Source: Podarcis melisellensis
Lineage: Eukaryota
Assembly (NCBI GenBank): GCA_964234715.1
Contig: OZ174276.1
Reading direction: 5' to 3' (one strand)
Length of the DNA stretch: 64,000 nt
Shown piece by piece: positions 52,430 to 64,000 of the stretch. How positions within the stretch are numbered: position 1 is the first letter of the stretch; each line of letters begins with the position of its first letter. Under the pieces are notes generated by a model. The model saw only the letters and a list, made by a program, of their open reading frames with translations. It was not told where the DNA came from and ran no database searches. The position numbers were made by a program, and so were the translations under genes.

Positions 52430-53627
52430 CAGGGCTGTCTTTAGCATATGCACCGCCAGGGTGCAAAGATCCACCCAGCGCCCCCAAATTTAGTTAATTT
52501 TGCATGCACGGCACCTTTGAGAATGACAAGCGCCGCCATTGTGAATGACAAACGCCGCTGCTGGCACGGTGCATCTTTGGTAAATGAGTGCACAAAGTCA
52601 AATGACCTTTAGTGAAACAGTAGGTATACATTTCGGGTGCCTCAGGGTTCTGTCCTCTCCCCCATGCTTTTTAACATCTATATGAAGCTGCTGGGAGAGA
52701 TCATCAGGGCGGGGTATCCATCAATATGCTGATGATACCCAGCTCTACCTCTCTTTTAAACTGGAACCAGTGAAGGCAGTGAAGGTCCTGTGTGAGTGCC
52801 TGGAGGTGGTTGGAGGATGGATGGTGGCTAATGGATTGAGGTTGAATCCTGACAAGTACTGTTCTTGGGGGACAGGGGGTGGACTGGTGTGGAGGACTGC
52901 CTGGTCCTGAATGGGGTAACTGTGCCCCTGATGGACCAGGTGCGCAGCCTGGGAGTCATTTTGGACTCACAGCTGTCCATGGAGGTGCAGGTCAATTCTG
53001 TATCCAGGGCCAGCTCCATCTGGTATGCAGGCTGAGACCCTACCTGCCTGCGGACTGTCTCGCCAGAGTGGTGAATGCTTGGACTACTGCAATGTGCTCT
53101 ACGTGGGACTACCTTTTAAGGTGACCAGGAAACTACAATTAATCCAGAATGCAGCAGCTAGACTGGTGACTGGGAGCGGCTGCCAAGACAATATAACACT
53201 GGTCCTGAAAGACCTACATTAGCTCCCAGTATGTTTCCGAGCACAATTCAAAGTGTTGGTGCGGACCTTTAAAGCCCTAAACAGCCTCGGTCCAGTATAC
53301 CTGAAGGAGCGTCTCCACCTTCATCGTTCTGCCCGGACACTGAGGTCCAGCACCAAGGGCCTCCTTCTAGCAGTTCCCTCACTGTGAGAAACAAAGCTAC
53401 AGGGAACCAGGCAGAGGGCCTTCTTGATAGTGGCACCCACCCTGTGGAATGCCCTCCCACCAGATGTCAAAGAGATAAACAACTACCTGACATTTAGAAG
53501 ACATCTGAAGGCAGCCCTGTTTAGGGAAGTTTTTAATGTGTGACATTGTAATCTTTGTTGGAAGCTGCCCAGAGTGGCTGGGGAGACCCAGCCAGATGGG
53601 CGGGGTACAAATAAAAAATAATAATAA

Positions 53628-53681
<54 letters not shown>

Positions 53682-53849
53682 TCCTAGGCATATATGTATT
53701 TTGTTTTTCTAGCTTGATCAAAATTATTTATTATTTCACAACAGGTAGATAGAGCTTAGGCAGCTTCAGCGGTGGGTGCCTGGCACCCCCCCTAGAATTT
53801 GGCGCCCGAGTGCCCCACACCCCTTGTACCTCGGGTAAAGATGGCCCTG
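52430..53849. mobile_element. hAT non-autonomous element interrupted by an L2 LINE
   Basis: attctcat|CAGGGCTGTCTTTA...TAAAGATGGCCCTG|attcttat (TIR 12/14, TSD 7/8). Confidence 0.82.
52633..53680 (+). mobile_element. 5'-truncated L2-clade LINE, decayed reverse transcriptase plus (TAA)n tail
   Basis: Encodes VPQGSVLSPMLFNIYMK, YADDTQLY, LDYCNVLYVGLP and KLQLIQNAAARLV with frameshifts and stops. Confidence 0.93.
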
Positions 53850-54526
53850 ATTCTTATAATTCTTTATATGTTTGTATGGTAGGGCTTGCTAGCAATAGGC
53901 AAACCATATCTATGAAAATAGCTATTAAGGGTAGAATCTGTGGGCTTGCCTGTCTGCACTGTTCCCCCTCCCCACACAAATGCCCCTACCAGTTTCAGAT
54001 GTTCTCTTGTATGGTTTCCAAGTCATGTAATCATAAATAGCACATGGGAGGAATTGTGAGGAATGATACGCCTCACTCAAAGGAGTAAGGCGTATGTGAG
54101 GAATGATATGCCTTACTCAAAACACACACACACACCCATTCTCCTTTGTGTACTTCCAGTCGCTCAGGAAGGCACCTACATGTTTATGAAGATATATGCC
54201 TCTGTCTTGATAGCAGAGCCACATCTGACAATATGGTGATTGCTAGTACTTCCGTAACATCCTTCCAAATAAATCTCTTCTGTGGTCCATTGATCGGGAG
54301 TCAGGAAATGGAAATATTCCAGAATGTTTACATCTGTTCAACATAAGAGTATATAGAACCATTGCTGTGCACCTTAATTTGGTGACTGTACATACTCATT
54401 TCAGAGTTGCACAGCAGCATGAAGTGAGTAGTAGGGTCACACGTAGATATTTGATTGTGGTTGTGAGAATGCTGATATTGCAAGAATATGCGCTGGCTGT
54501 GCAAGGAACACATGGAGACAGTGACA

Positions 54527-54530
<4 letters not shown>

Positions 54531-54559
<29 letters not shown>
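54531..54559. repeat. (CA)n microsatellite
   Basis: Visible directly. Confidence 0.9.
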
Positions 54560-54561
<2 letters not shown>

Positions 54562-55689
54562 CAGAATCAGAAATGAACAACAGTGAGGCTTGGGCTCCTG
54601 TGCTTCCTCTGCCACTTCTGCTGTGCACAAGGGGAAGAGATTTACAACTTTCCACTTCTAGTTTGTAACAAATCATAGTTTGGTATTAATTTGCAAAATC
54701 CCAAATCAGGTCAATTTTTTATGTGAAAACCTTCAAAGTCAAAATGCATACTTGGATGAACGTCCCCTGTCAGTTCAGAAGCATAGAATACAAATGGATG
54801 GTTTGAAAGAAGGTGACACTCGTTTCCCCATTTCTGGCTATTTCGTTTCGTTTACAAAATTTCAGACTGTAACCAAAGCAAAACTCAGGTGCCATCATTC
54901 AGATTACAGAATTTGGATGTCAAGACTTTGAGATCTGCTTTAACCAACTTCTTCAAAAGCTCTCTTTGCAGCTGCCGAACAAATAAAGGTTTTGAATTCA
55001 AATGCATTTTCTCACATTTGTTCTAGCTCTGGTTGTTTTTTTTTTAATTAAGGTGATAATTTATTTCAAGGCATTAGTCAAGAATTATGGAAATAATGAA
55101 ATGTCTAACATGTATGAACTAATGGCCTAGCCAGGATTTTTGTTGGGGCAGGGGGAGGGGAGGCAGCCAAAGGTGTTAAGCTTTTTTTTAAAAGGAAATC
55201 ACAGGTAAAAAAAAATACCCTCCAAATAGGCAGGCAGCTAAGTTGTAGTATCTCACTGGTGGTGGTGGTGTTGCAGAGCAGGGCGGCACTTCCTGTTTTG
55301 CCTCAAGTGGCAAAATGGGACATACCACCCCTGACCTCAGGATTTCAGAACTAACAGCTGTCAGTTTGGAGGGAAGGAAGGCAAGGACCAACAGCCCAGA
55401 TGGGGCTCTCTAGCTTAGGGTGGAGGTGTGTGATTCCTCAGCTGGGGTAGGCTCAGGACAGGTGAGGCTCACATGCCTTGTTAACTCCAGAAGCTATAAC
55501 AGGAAAGCCGTCCTGGCCAGGCCTGCGTCTGCACAAAAGAGCAGTATTAAAACAAAAAGTTTGCCTTCCAGTTAGCTTTCCCTTTAAACTACTGTACATG
55601 TAAGCGGGAATCTGATCTTTTCCTACTTAACAACTTGTGTGTAATTTGAAGCAAAAAGTGGTGATCTTTGCGCATTAACCGGTTTATTA

Positions 55690-55880
55690 TTTACCCATAT
55701 ATATATTTATTACTACATTTATATCTCACCTTTTCTCCAGTGTAGCTTAAGGTAGCGTACACTTTCCCATTTTATCCTCACAACAACCCTGTGAGGGTGG
55801 CACTGACAGGCCCAAGGTCACCCAGAGAATTGCATGGCTGAGTAGGGGTTTGAATCCTAGTCCAACACCGTTAAGCCCTG
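55690..55880 (-). mobile_element. Degenerate MIR/CORE-type SINE
   Basis: cattttatcctcacaacaaccctgtgagg...gcccaaggtcacccag...ggtttgaatcc. Confidence 0.7.
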
Positions 55881-55888
55881 CACCCAGA

Positions 55889-56040
55889 TCCCCTGGCTCA
55901 GTAGGTAGAGCATGAGACTCTTAAGTCCAGGGTCGTGGATTCAAGATGTTGGGTGAAAGATTCCTGCATTGCAAGGGGTTGGTGACCCTGGTGACCCTTT
56001 CCTTCTTACAATTCTATGATTCTATAATTCTATTATTCTG
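55889..56040 (+). mobile_element. tRNA(Lys)-derived SINE with CR1-like tail
   Basis: ggctcagtaggtagagcatgagactcttaa...gggtcgtggattcaa head; (ttctatga)-type tail. Confidence 0.75.
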
Positions 56041-56102
56041 CCACGCTGGTAGGATGTTGACATACACATGTGTTTTGTACTGGGGTGTCTGTACCAGAGT
56101 GC

Positions 56103-56281
56103 TTTGTTGTTGTTGTTGTTTAGTCATGTCCGACCCTTCGTGACCCCATGGACCAGAGCATGCCAGGCACTCCTGTCTTCCACTGCCTCCCGCAGTTTGG
56201 TCAAACTCATGTTAGTAGCTTCGAGAACACTGTCCAACCATGTCGTCCTCCGTCATCCCCTTCTCCTTGTGCCCTCAATCT
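56103..56281 (-). mobile_element. BovB (RTE) LINE 3' fragment with perfect 13-bp TSD
   Basis: (CAA)n tail, agtcatgtccgacccttcgtgaccccatggac motif; TGTACCAGAGTGC at 56090-56102 and 56282-56294. Confidence 0.88.
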
Positions 56282-57656
56282 TGTACCAGAGTGCAACATA
56301 TCTAATAATGAGAAGCAGCCATTGAACACACACTTAATTAAGGAAAGTGCCCAGTTTCACAGGCAGTGCTCTGCTTCTGCCATAACAATTTGTATCGCTG
56401 TGCTTCCGGCCTGTGGTTTCTAATAAAGATGAGGACAGCTGCAGCAGCCTTCTCAATGCCTCTGGCTTAATGCCCGCTGGATATATGGTGTCTATGAGGA
56501 AGGAAGCTACTGCACACCTCTCTAAAGCCTTGCCATAAAGGAAGTGCCCATGGCATGCCCTCTCTGTTATGGTTCCTGTGCCACAATATGGCAGGACTGC
56601 TGCTGGCTATAAAGACCAATGAGAATAGGCCAACTCAGATCCACAGTGCATCAGTTCCCAGGCACTGCTTTCTCCCCGCCCCCTTCCCCATAATGGCCCA
56701 TGTAATGGATTCAAAGCCATTGATATTCCAGCAATGGAAGGAAACCCGCTTTTCAAATGCAAATCGCCCCACAGGAATGATCGTGGGATTTTGCCAGGGA
56801 GATGAGGCTCCCTGTTGCTGGGTAACAATTTTTTCAACAGAAGAGAGCAATTGCTCTTTGCAGCGCTGGGGGGTTAGTAATCAAGCCCAAGCCACCCCTG
56901 CAGTACAGGATCCATCACTGTGGATCCGGCAGGCAATCCACAATGACAAGAACTGCCTGCAGCAGCTGTAGGTAGTAAAACAATGGGCATTGCTTCAATT
57001 GTGCGCAGGTAGTAGGATCAGACCACTGATCCATCTTGGCTTTCAGGCATGAGTCTCCCCCAGCCCTATTCTAGAAATGTCAGAACCTGAGCCTGAGAGA
57101 AAACATGATGGGGGAAGGGGATCACAGATGGGGTCTCCCCTTACCTTTCTTTCAAGGTGGTCAAGGGTTGTTTGTAAGCATACCTCCTTTCATTGTACAA
57201 ATAATATCTCTGGTAGTCTGCACTTTGCAGCTTCCCTTTCCTGAAAAGCTTATGTTGTCCTCAGCAGGGCTTTCTAGGAATGCCCTAAGGAATGCCTTTT
57301 TTCTTCAGCTAGTTCCTTTTTAAAATGAACTTTCCAAGCTCTGTGAAAGACTCCAGATATTAAAGACACTTTCTGACGGTCACTATTTTCGGGTGAGACT
57401 CAATCACATACCAGCAAATTCAGGCCTTGCAATTATAGTAGACTGGGAAGTCTTACACGAGAACCTCACTTTCCCAAAATATCAGACTTTTGTGATAAGG
57501 AAAGTGATGGGGAGATGTGCTGGGTAGTGTAAGATAGCTCCTGCTTTGACACAAGGTCATCTCGCCTCCCCACAAACAAATCAACGAACAGGTAATCTGG
57601 AAGCACCTTTATTTGCTAAGAAGAAAGAAAGACAGAAGCTGACCTGAGAAACTGCT

Positions 57657-57952
57657 ATAGGTAAAGGACCCCTGGATGGTTAAGTCCAGTCAAAGGTGAC
57701 TCTGGGGTTGTGGCACTCACCTCGCTTTTCAGGCCGAGGGAGCTGGCGTTTGTCCACAGACAGCTTTTCCAGGTCATGTGGCCAGCATGACTAAACCGCT
57801 TCTGGCTCAACAGAGTACCATGATGGAAGCCAGAGTGCACGGAAACACAGTTTACCTCCCCGCCACAGCGGTACCTATTTATCTACTTGCGCTGGTGTGC
57901 TTTTGAACTGCTATGTTGGAAGGAGCTGGGGCAGAGCAACGGACGCTCACCC
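57657..57952 (-). mobile_element. Sauria SINE (5'-truncated, different subfamily)
   Basis: aggtaaaggacccctgg...ggtcatgtggccagcatgact...ggtacctatttatctacttgc. Confidence 0.85.
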
Positions 57953-58970
57953 TAGAAGCTCACCCTAGCTTTCCCTAGAAGCTGCTAGGAAACAGCAGCA
58001 ACCCCTACCCTGCTATTTAACATGGCAGAAAGAAGGCGAGGAAACCACTCAGTGCACTGTTGCTGGATTTAAAAGGACCCAAGAGAAGGCAGGCAGGGCC
58101 TCCAAGGAGCGCCTCTTGCTCAGACAAACTCCTCCACGGCCAGCAAGAATAATAATCCGATTTGCTCCTGCGCCTTAAAGAGCTGGAGCTGCTTGGAGAG
58201 TTCCCATCAGAGTTCAATTGGATACCGAGTTAAGCAGGAATTACCTCTCCTGGGTATATAATCAGGGATAAAACCATCTAAATCTTGAGGGAAGAAATTA
58301 GGTTTATTGGACATACTGGAGAAAATTACATTGTATGCACAGATGCAGAAAGGCACAGAGAGACAGCGAGTTTGGGGGTGGGGGACAGAAAGGAGGAGGG
58401 GGAAGATGGATAGTACTTAATCCCAATTGCCAGTTCTTCCTGTCTCCTTATTAACACCATCAGCATCTTTGCCGAGGTGCTGCTGAGCTGACACTCTAGA
58501 TTATGAAAGTAAATTAACCCCTAACCTCCTTTGCTTGTTGGTGGAAACTGCATGCTCATTCCCACTCCTGGGGAGAGAATACAAGGCTCTGGTGACTGGC
58601 CTGTTGTTTTGTAAATTAGAGAGAGGAGGAAGTTGGTGCCTTATCCCCCCTTTTAATGACAGGAAAGGGGAAAAAATTGAATGAGAAGCCCAAGGAACAG
58701 TGTGACTGCTGGGTTATATTCCCTTCCTGCTCATCTCCCATTACCTCACAATGCAGAAAACAGCTTCTCTCTCCTCCACTGTCACCTCCCTTGCCTAAAT
58801 AAGAAGATGCCACTGAGATCATTCAGGCTGACCCAGTGTAGGCTGTCAGGCCTCAAGGGCTCCCCCACCCCAAATGCACCCCCCAAATTTTCCTTTGTCA
58901 TAGGCCCTTATAAAAAGTACTCACAAGGGAAATGTGTTTGTGTGTGCAGTATTTGATATGTGTCTACATA

Positions 58971-59231
58971 TAGCAGAACCTCGGGTTGCGAACACGATCT
59001 GTGTGGGAGGCACGTTCGCAACCTGCAGCGTTCACTACCCACAGCGCTGCGTCTGCGCACGTGCCGGTCGCAATCCGGCGCTTCTGCGCATGTGCAAAGC
59101 ACAATTTAGCGCTTCTGTGCATGCACAAGCACCAGAACCCGGAAGTAACCTGTTCCTGTACTTCCGGGTTTGGCGCGGTGCGCAACCTGAAATCGTGTAA
59201 CCTGAAGCGTCTGTAACCCGAGGTACCACTG
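58971..59231. mobile_element. Tc1/mariner-pogo MITE with related TIRs but a different CpG-rich interior
   Basis: Right end AACCCGAGGTACCACTG|TA; left end degenerate ta|tagcagaacctcgggtt. Confidence 0.8.
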
Positions 59232-59319
59232 TATTATGCTTTGCCTGCCTTACTTTTCCACCACATACCTCCAGCAACTCTTCCTCCCTTACAATATCCC
59301 CGCCTAGGGAAAATAAAAC

Positions 59320-59900
59320 CCTCAAGAACCACCAGTGCTGCTGGATGAGGCCAAAATAAGATGTAGTCCAGCATCTCACAGTGGCCAGTTAGATGCCCTA
59401 ATGAGAAGCTCACAGGGAAGACCTGTGGTGGGAGGGGACCCTCTTCCTGTTGCTCCCCAGCAAATAGTATTCAGAGGCCTGCTATCTCTGATCTGGAAGG
59501 AAACATGTAAGTCATCATGACCAGTAACCACTGATAGCTGCATAACCTTCATGAATTTAACTTTGTCTTACAAGTGTCTGGGTTGGTCGCCATATCTAGT
59601 GGTAGCAAATTCCATAGTTTAACTGTACACTGTGAAGACATATGTCCTCCTGCCTGTCTTGAATCTTCTACTATTCATCTTAATTGGATGATCCTGAATT
59701 CTAGTATTATTGGGGGATGGGGCTTCTCTTTCTTCACTTTCTCCACACTTCTGTCATGTTTCCCCTCCCCCATCTACTGACCTCTTTTTTCCTAATCTAA
59801 GAAGCCCCAAACAGTGCCACTGTTGCTCCAGTCCCCTTCATCATTTTGCCTGCCCCTTTCTGCCCCTTTCCCAGCTCCAGAATATTCATGTTGAGCTGCA
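59320..59900 (-). mobile_element. Old CR1-like LINE 3' fragment
   Basis: Similar to 48510-48757 and 63023-63368 (gcaaattccatagtttaact...tgtgaag). Confidence 0.6.
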
Positions 59901-60702
59901 TACTGATGCTTCCTTCAGCTAAGATGCAGTACCAGTCAGATACCGAAACCATGAATGAAGGAGGGCAGCTAGTCTTCCTTCTGGGACACCAAAGGTTGAT
60001 TGATTCTGTTTCGTTTTGGCTGACTTACGACTTTTCCCTATTGTCTTCCTTCAGAGACAGTGTGGCGTCAGCAGTCCCTTTCATGGTGTGGTTGTTTTTT
60101 AATGTTATGCAATACATACTTAGTTATACGCACTGAGCCAGGTTAAAGGAATCTGCTAGATCACATTCTTGACCTCCCATTCTTAACCATATTCCTTAGC
60201 TGCTACAATGCTGGCCACAGAAAAGATGCATTCAGATTCACACACATGCACACATGTGCAGCCACCCATTCTCCCTCAATGATCTGCAAGCTCCTTTGGA
60301 GTATAGAGGGCATCCGGTTTCTCCTGACACCCTGAAGAGCCAAATATTTTAATTTACAGCAACTGGAAAAATCACCACTGCCTGCTGATTAGGATGGAAA
60401 GGGAAGTTGTCAGCATGAACTGCAGCAATTTTTTAACACCTTCCGAGTAGTGAGACAGATGGCTACATCCTTTTTATTGGGATGCTCCATATAATTATAC
60501 CATTCCGGAGACCCCAACTTGACCTGTACTGTAGCCCTTACTTTCATCATCAAAATGAGTCTGGTATTCATCCCAAAGTGGTAGCCTGACCTGTACCCCA
60601 CCATCTCCATCCCCACAAGCTCCACCAGATGGCCGGAGTTGGATTTCCATCCAGACAGTCTAAGCAAAGATAGGTCAGTCGGGAGCTAGCTTAGTGCTTC
60701 CT

Positions 60703-60839
60703 TGTTACGGATCTCAGACAGGCGGGGAAGGATAAAAAGCATCAGCTGGTGGCAGGTTTACTGAGGCCGAATAGTAAAGCAGACAGTTTGTGACTTTTAT
60801 GTCGATCCCTCTCTTCTGGACTGTACAAGCTGCGTAACA
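60703..60839 (+). mobile_element. Possible LTR remnant (left limit may extend to ~60408)
   Basis: TGTTACG...CGTAACA inverted ends, with GATAAAA then AGTAAA in LTR order; no TSD found. Confidence 0.4.
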
Positions 60840-62573
60840 CTGGGAGCAGAACATGAAACAGAATCAACTCCCCCCTTTCCCCCTACAGTGTACAAATCCA
60901 GTGTTTAAGTACAGCAGTTGAAAAAAGAAAAGGCTAAATTTGTCATGCTTTCCTCCTGACTGACTCCTCCACCTGGAATCCAGGATCCATCCACATTACA
61001 AACCTAAATCCACTTAAAAGCTGAGGGTCGCAGTTTTCTAGTTCTGAGAATACTCAGTTTGAGATCTTTTGTCTCCTCCTTCACAGAACTCTCATTCCCA
61101 GAATTCCTTCACAGGGGAAAGGTCGTAGCTCAGTGACAGAGCATCTGTTTTGAATTCCATCCCACAATACCTTCTTTCTTGTTTTGGTGCACTCTGATAT
61201 AGGCTGTAGGGCCCCTCTTGGCCTGGAGAAAGCACCTGCTCCTTTAACAGTTCCAAGGTGCGCTAATTGCCATTACTTAATAAAGGCTCACTGGTCAAAT
61301 AGCTGCATTTTCTGAGCATACAGAGAGTAGCACTGGAATACATCTGGACTAAGGGCTTATACAGAAATCGTTTCCCCAAGCCAAGCCTTCACTAATTGTC
61401 CTTCAGACAACACACAGACAGGCACAGTGCAAAGCCTTTCTCTCAACTCCCTTTGGAGTTCTCTCACCCCTTGAGCCCATCTTTCTTCCTGGAACATCAG
61501 TGTTGGTAGCTGCACCAGAAATTTCACATTCCGCCTGACCTCCTGCACACATTCTTAAACCAGCGGGTGTCTTCTTACCTCCTCCTGGATCTCAGCCTTC
61601 CTTTGGTGGCAAGCAAAGAAGAACTCTCTCCTAAGAGGCGCAGGGGCATGTGAATCGTCTGTTATCCTCTTTAGGCAAACAAAGGTGCTCATCCTACAAA
61701 AATGAAGGAGGAGGGTTGAGGCAATTGAAAGGATTGGGAAACACACCCTCATCACCAGATCTCCTCCTGTGGTTCATTATGCAGTTGTCCTAAGCCTTTG
61801 GGAAGTAGATAGTCGAGCTGTTAACTGCAGGCTTGGCCTGCTTACAATGAGGACAACTTGGAGCTACTGGCATCTTTAAGATATTAATTCCATCTTTGAA
61901 GTTCTCACTGTGAGGGGCCCTGGGGACTCATCATGCAAAGAGCAGCATGTATGAACTTCTCAAGAACTTGCCCATGCCATAGTTGCACAGGGCATTGCAA
62001 GGATGCAGTCCAAGTGTTAGCATGCCCTTGGCCCTGCAGCTGGGTTCTTTTTTTTCCTAAGCAAAGAATAAATGTCCTAAGAGAAGAACACCAGGCAAGC
62101 GTTGTTGATGCCTGCAGAAACAGATCTCTGCAGCACCTGGCTTTTCTGACCTGCTCCAGCATGGAGAGAGCCTGGGGTTCCCTTTTCCTGCCAGCGCCAA
62201 ATGCCAGCTGGCATCACCTGGGATTTGTGGGCGGAAGAAAATAGATGCCTCGAGAGATAGGGCCATAGTTCCCAGCTGATGTGTCCTTTTTGTTTTAAGA
62301 TGTCTTGGCATCCCACCTCACATAAAAGGAGGTTCAGCAGAGATGATTCTTGAAGCTGGTTCCCATCAAGGAGCTGCCAGGTTTCAACTCACTTTGAAAA
62401 TTGTTGTCCACACCATTAAACTATTTTAGAATATTGCATAGCAGATGCCACCACTTTTCACTTCACAGGAGACAAGAACTTTTTTCAGCTTAGTTCTAGG
62501 ATGATCTATGAGGTCTCAGCTTCTTCAGAAAGAAATGCCATTCTGACTTTTAGTAGCAGCTCTCTCTCTCTCA

Positions 62574-62931
62574 GGGGACATGGGTGGCACTGTGGGTTAA
62601 ACCACAGAGCTTAGGACTTGCCGATCAGAAGGTTGGTGGTTCGAATCCCCGCAACGGGGTGAGCTCCTGTTGCTTGGTCCCTGCTCCTGCTAACCTAGCA
62701 GTTTGAAAGCACATCAAAGTGCAAGTAGATAAATAGGTACCGCTCCTGTGGGAAGGTAAACAGCGTTTCTATGTGTTGCTCTGGTTTGCCAGAAGCGGCT
62801 TAGTCATGCTGGCCACATGACCTGGAAGCTGTACACTGGCTCCCTGGCCAATAAAGTGAGATGAGCGCCGCAACCCCAGAGTCGGTCACGACTGGACCTC
62901 ATGGTCAGGGGTCCCTTTACCTTTACCTTTA
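62574..62931 (+). mobile_element. Full-length Sauria SINE
   Basis: tRNA-like head with B-box ggttcgaatccc, (ACCTTT)n tail, ctctctctctcag on both sides (TSD-like). Confidence 0.92.
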
Positions 62932-63022
62932 CTCTCTCTCTCAGCATGAAACCACTTGGAACAACTTTTTGATTCATGGCTCTGGACTTACTTTCCCAAA
63001 CTTTTATAATAACCTCCAGTAA

Positions 63023-63368
63023 GAACATAAGACTGCAAGAAGAACCCTCTGGCATCAGGCCAGCATCCTGTTTCCACCATGGCCAACCAGATGCCTCTGA
63101 AAAGCCCATATGCAGACATGAATGCAATAACACTATTCCCATGCAAATTACCCAGCAGCTAGAATCTGATGTTGAAGTAGTATACAGCCCTTATGAATAG
63201 CAGCCACTGATAAGCCTTCTCCTCCATGGATTGGTCTAACTCCCTTTCAGTGTCATTCAAGGTGGGCTGTGGCAGCAAATTCCATAGTTTAGCTATGCAC
63301 TGTGTGAAGAAATACTTCCCTTTGTCATTTCCCAGTCTCTTACCGATTGGCTTCACTGGGTGATTCTA
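63023..63368 (-). mobile_element. Old CR1-like LINE 3' fragment
   Basis: aagaacataaga terminus; the minus ORF GKYFFTQCIAKLWNLLP resembles the CR1 ORF2 C-terminus. Confidence 0.7.
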
Positions 63369-63541
63369 GGCTGTGTATACACCATACATTTAAACACATA
63401 CGCCTCAAAGAATACTGGGAACTGTAGTTCACACCCCGCAGAGCTACAATTCTCAGCACCCTTAAAAAAACTGCAGTTCCCAGGATTCTTTGAAGGGGTG
63501 TGTGTTTGACTGTGCTTTCTATGTGTGGTGTGCACACAGAC
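63369..63541. mobile_element. Palindromic MITE
   Basis: ctgtgtatacaccatacat...atgtgtggtgtgcacacag termini; internal aaagaatactgggaactgtag / ctgcagttcccaggattcttt. Confidence 0.7.
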
Positions 63542-64000
63542 TCGGAGAGGGAAAAAAACTCTCTATCCAGTTTCTCCACACAACACACATGCATATCTTT
63601 CTTTACTTCTATAATCTCCACAATGCACTCTTGCTAAAAAGGCCCCCAACACTGTAAACGCTGTTCCTCGCGGCAGCGTTACTGCAGCCCCTGGTTATTC
63701 TTCTTGCCCTTTCCTGCTATTCAGAAGAAAGTATTTGATGAAAACGAATTTTAGGATTTGCACAAATAGCCTAAACTAGCACAAAGGCTTCAGATGTTCT
63801 GCATTGCCCTAATCTGAGAATATGCACTGCTTAGACTAGAAACAACACATTGTCCTTTCCAACTCAGAGCCCTATTTCACACCCAGTTGCATAAATCTAA
63901 GCATAAATCTTGTTTAAGGCATGAGAATAATCTGGCGAGGGAGTCTCAAACAGAGAGGCATAAGCACAGCCTCTTGAACCCCAAGGCAATGCATGCTGAA

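Noticed and set aside
55889-55950. tRNA-Lys(CTT)-like sequence
   Set aside because: Acceptor and T stems are broken and it continues into a CR1-like tail, so it is a SINE head rather than a tRNA gene.
47100-64000. Search for a neighbouring coding gene (e.g. RNF222 or RPL26, nearby in mammals)
   Set aside because: No RING-finger or ribosomal-protein coding sequence was recognisable on either strand within the window.

Overview
Vertebrate genomic DNA, almost certainly a squamate reptile: it carries Sauria-type SINEs with (ACCTTT)n tails, BovB, and tRNA-CORE-L2 SINEs. A lacertid lizard is likely but not provable from sequence alone. The window holds two convergent genes. (1) The last 17 coding exons and 3'UTR of non-muscle myosin heavy chain IIB (MYH10, + strand, 1-~16.3 kb), encoding the coiled-coil rod and the tailpiece ending ...QAAQTE*. 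(2) The complete NDEL1 gene (- strand): a candidate non-coding exon 1 in a CpG island at ~45.7-46.8 kb, eight coding exons between 35871 and 18481 totalling 1035 nt (344 aa), and a poly(A) signal at ~17355. All 25 coding exons have GT/AG boundaries and consistent phases. The ~17 kb beyond the NDEL1 promoter contains no recognisable gene and is rich in repeats (L2, CR1, BovB, SINEs, hAT and Tc1/pogo MITEs, several nested). There is one 158-nt N gap. The best candidate for undescribed biology is a set of phase-compatible cryptic exons in the 9.1-kb last intron of NDEL1 that could swap its C-terminal tail; one resembles the known mammalian QEKVIFPTLFMGQ isoform exon. Other leads are a probable divergent spliced transcript from the NDEL1 promoter and a well-formed orphan exon at 61.6 kb. 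No prokaryote-type system is present. All novel exon calls are inferences that need RNA-seq or conservation data.
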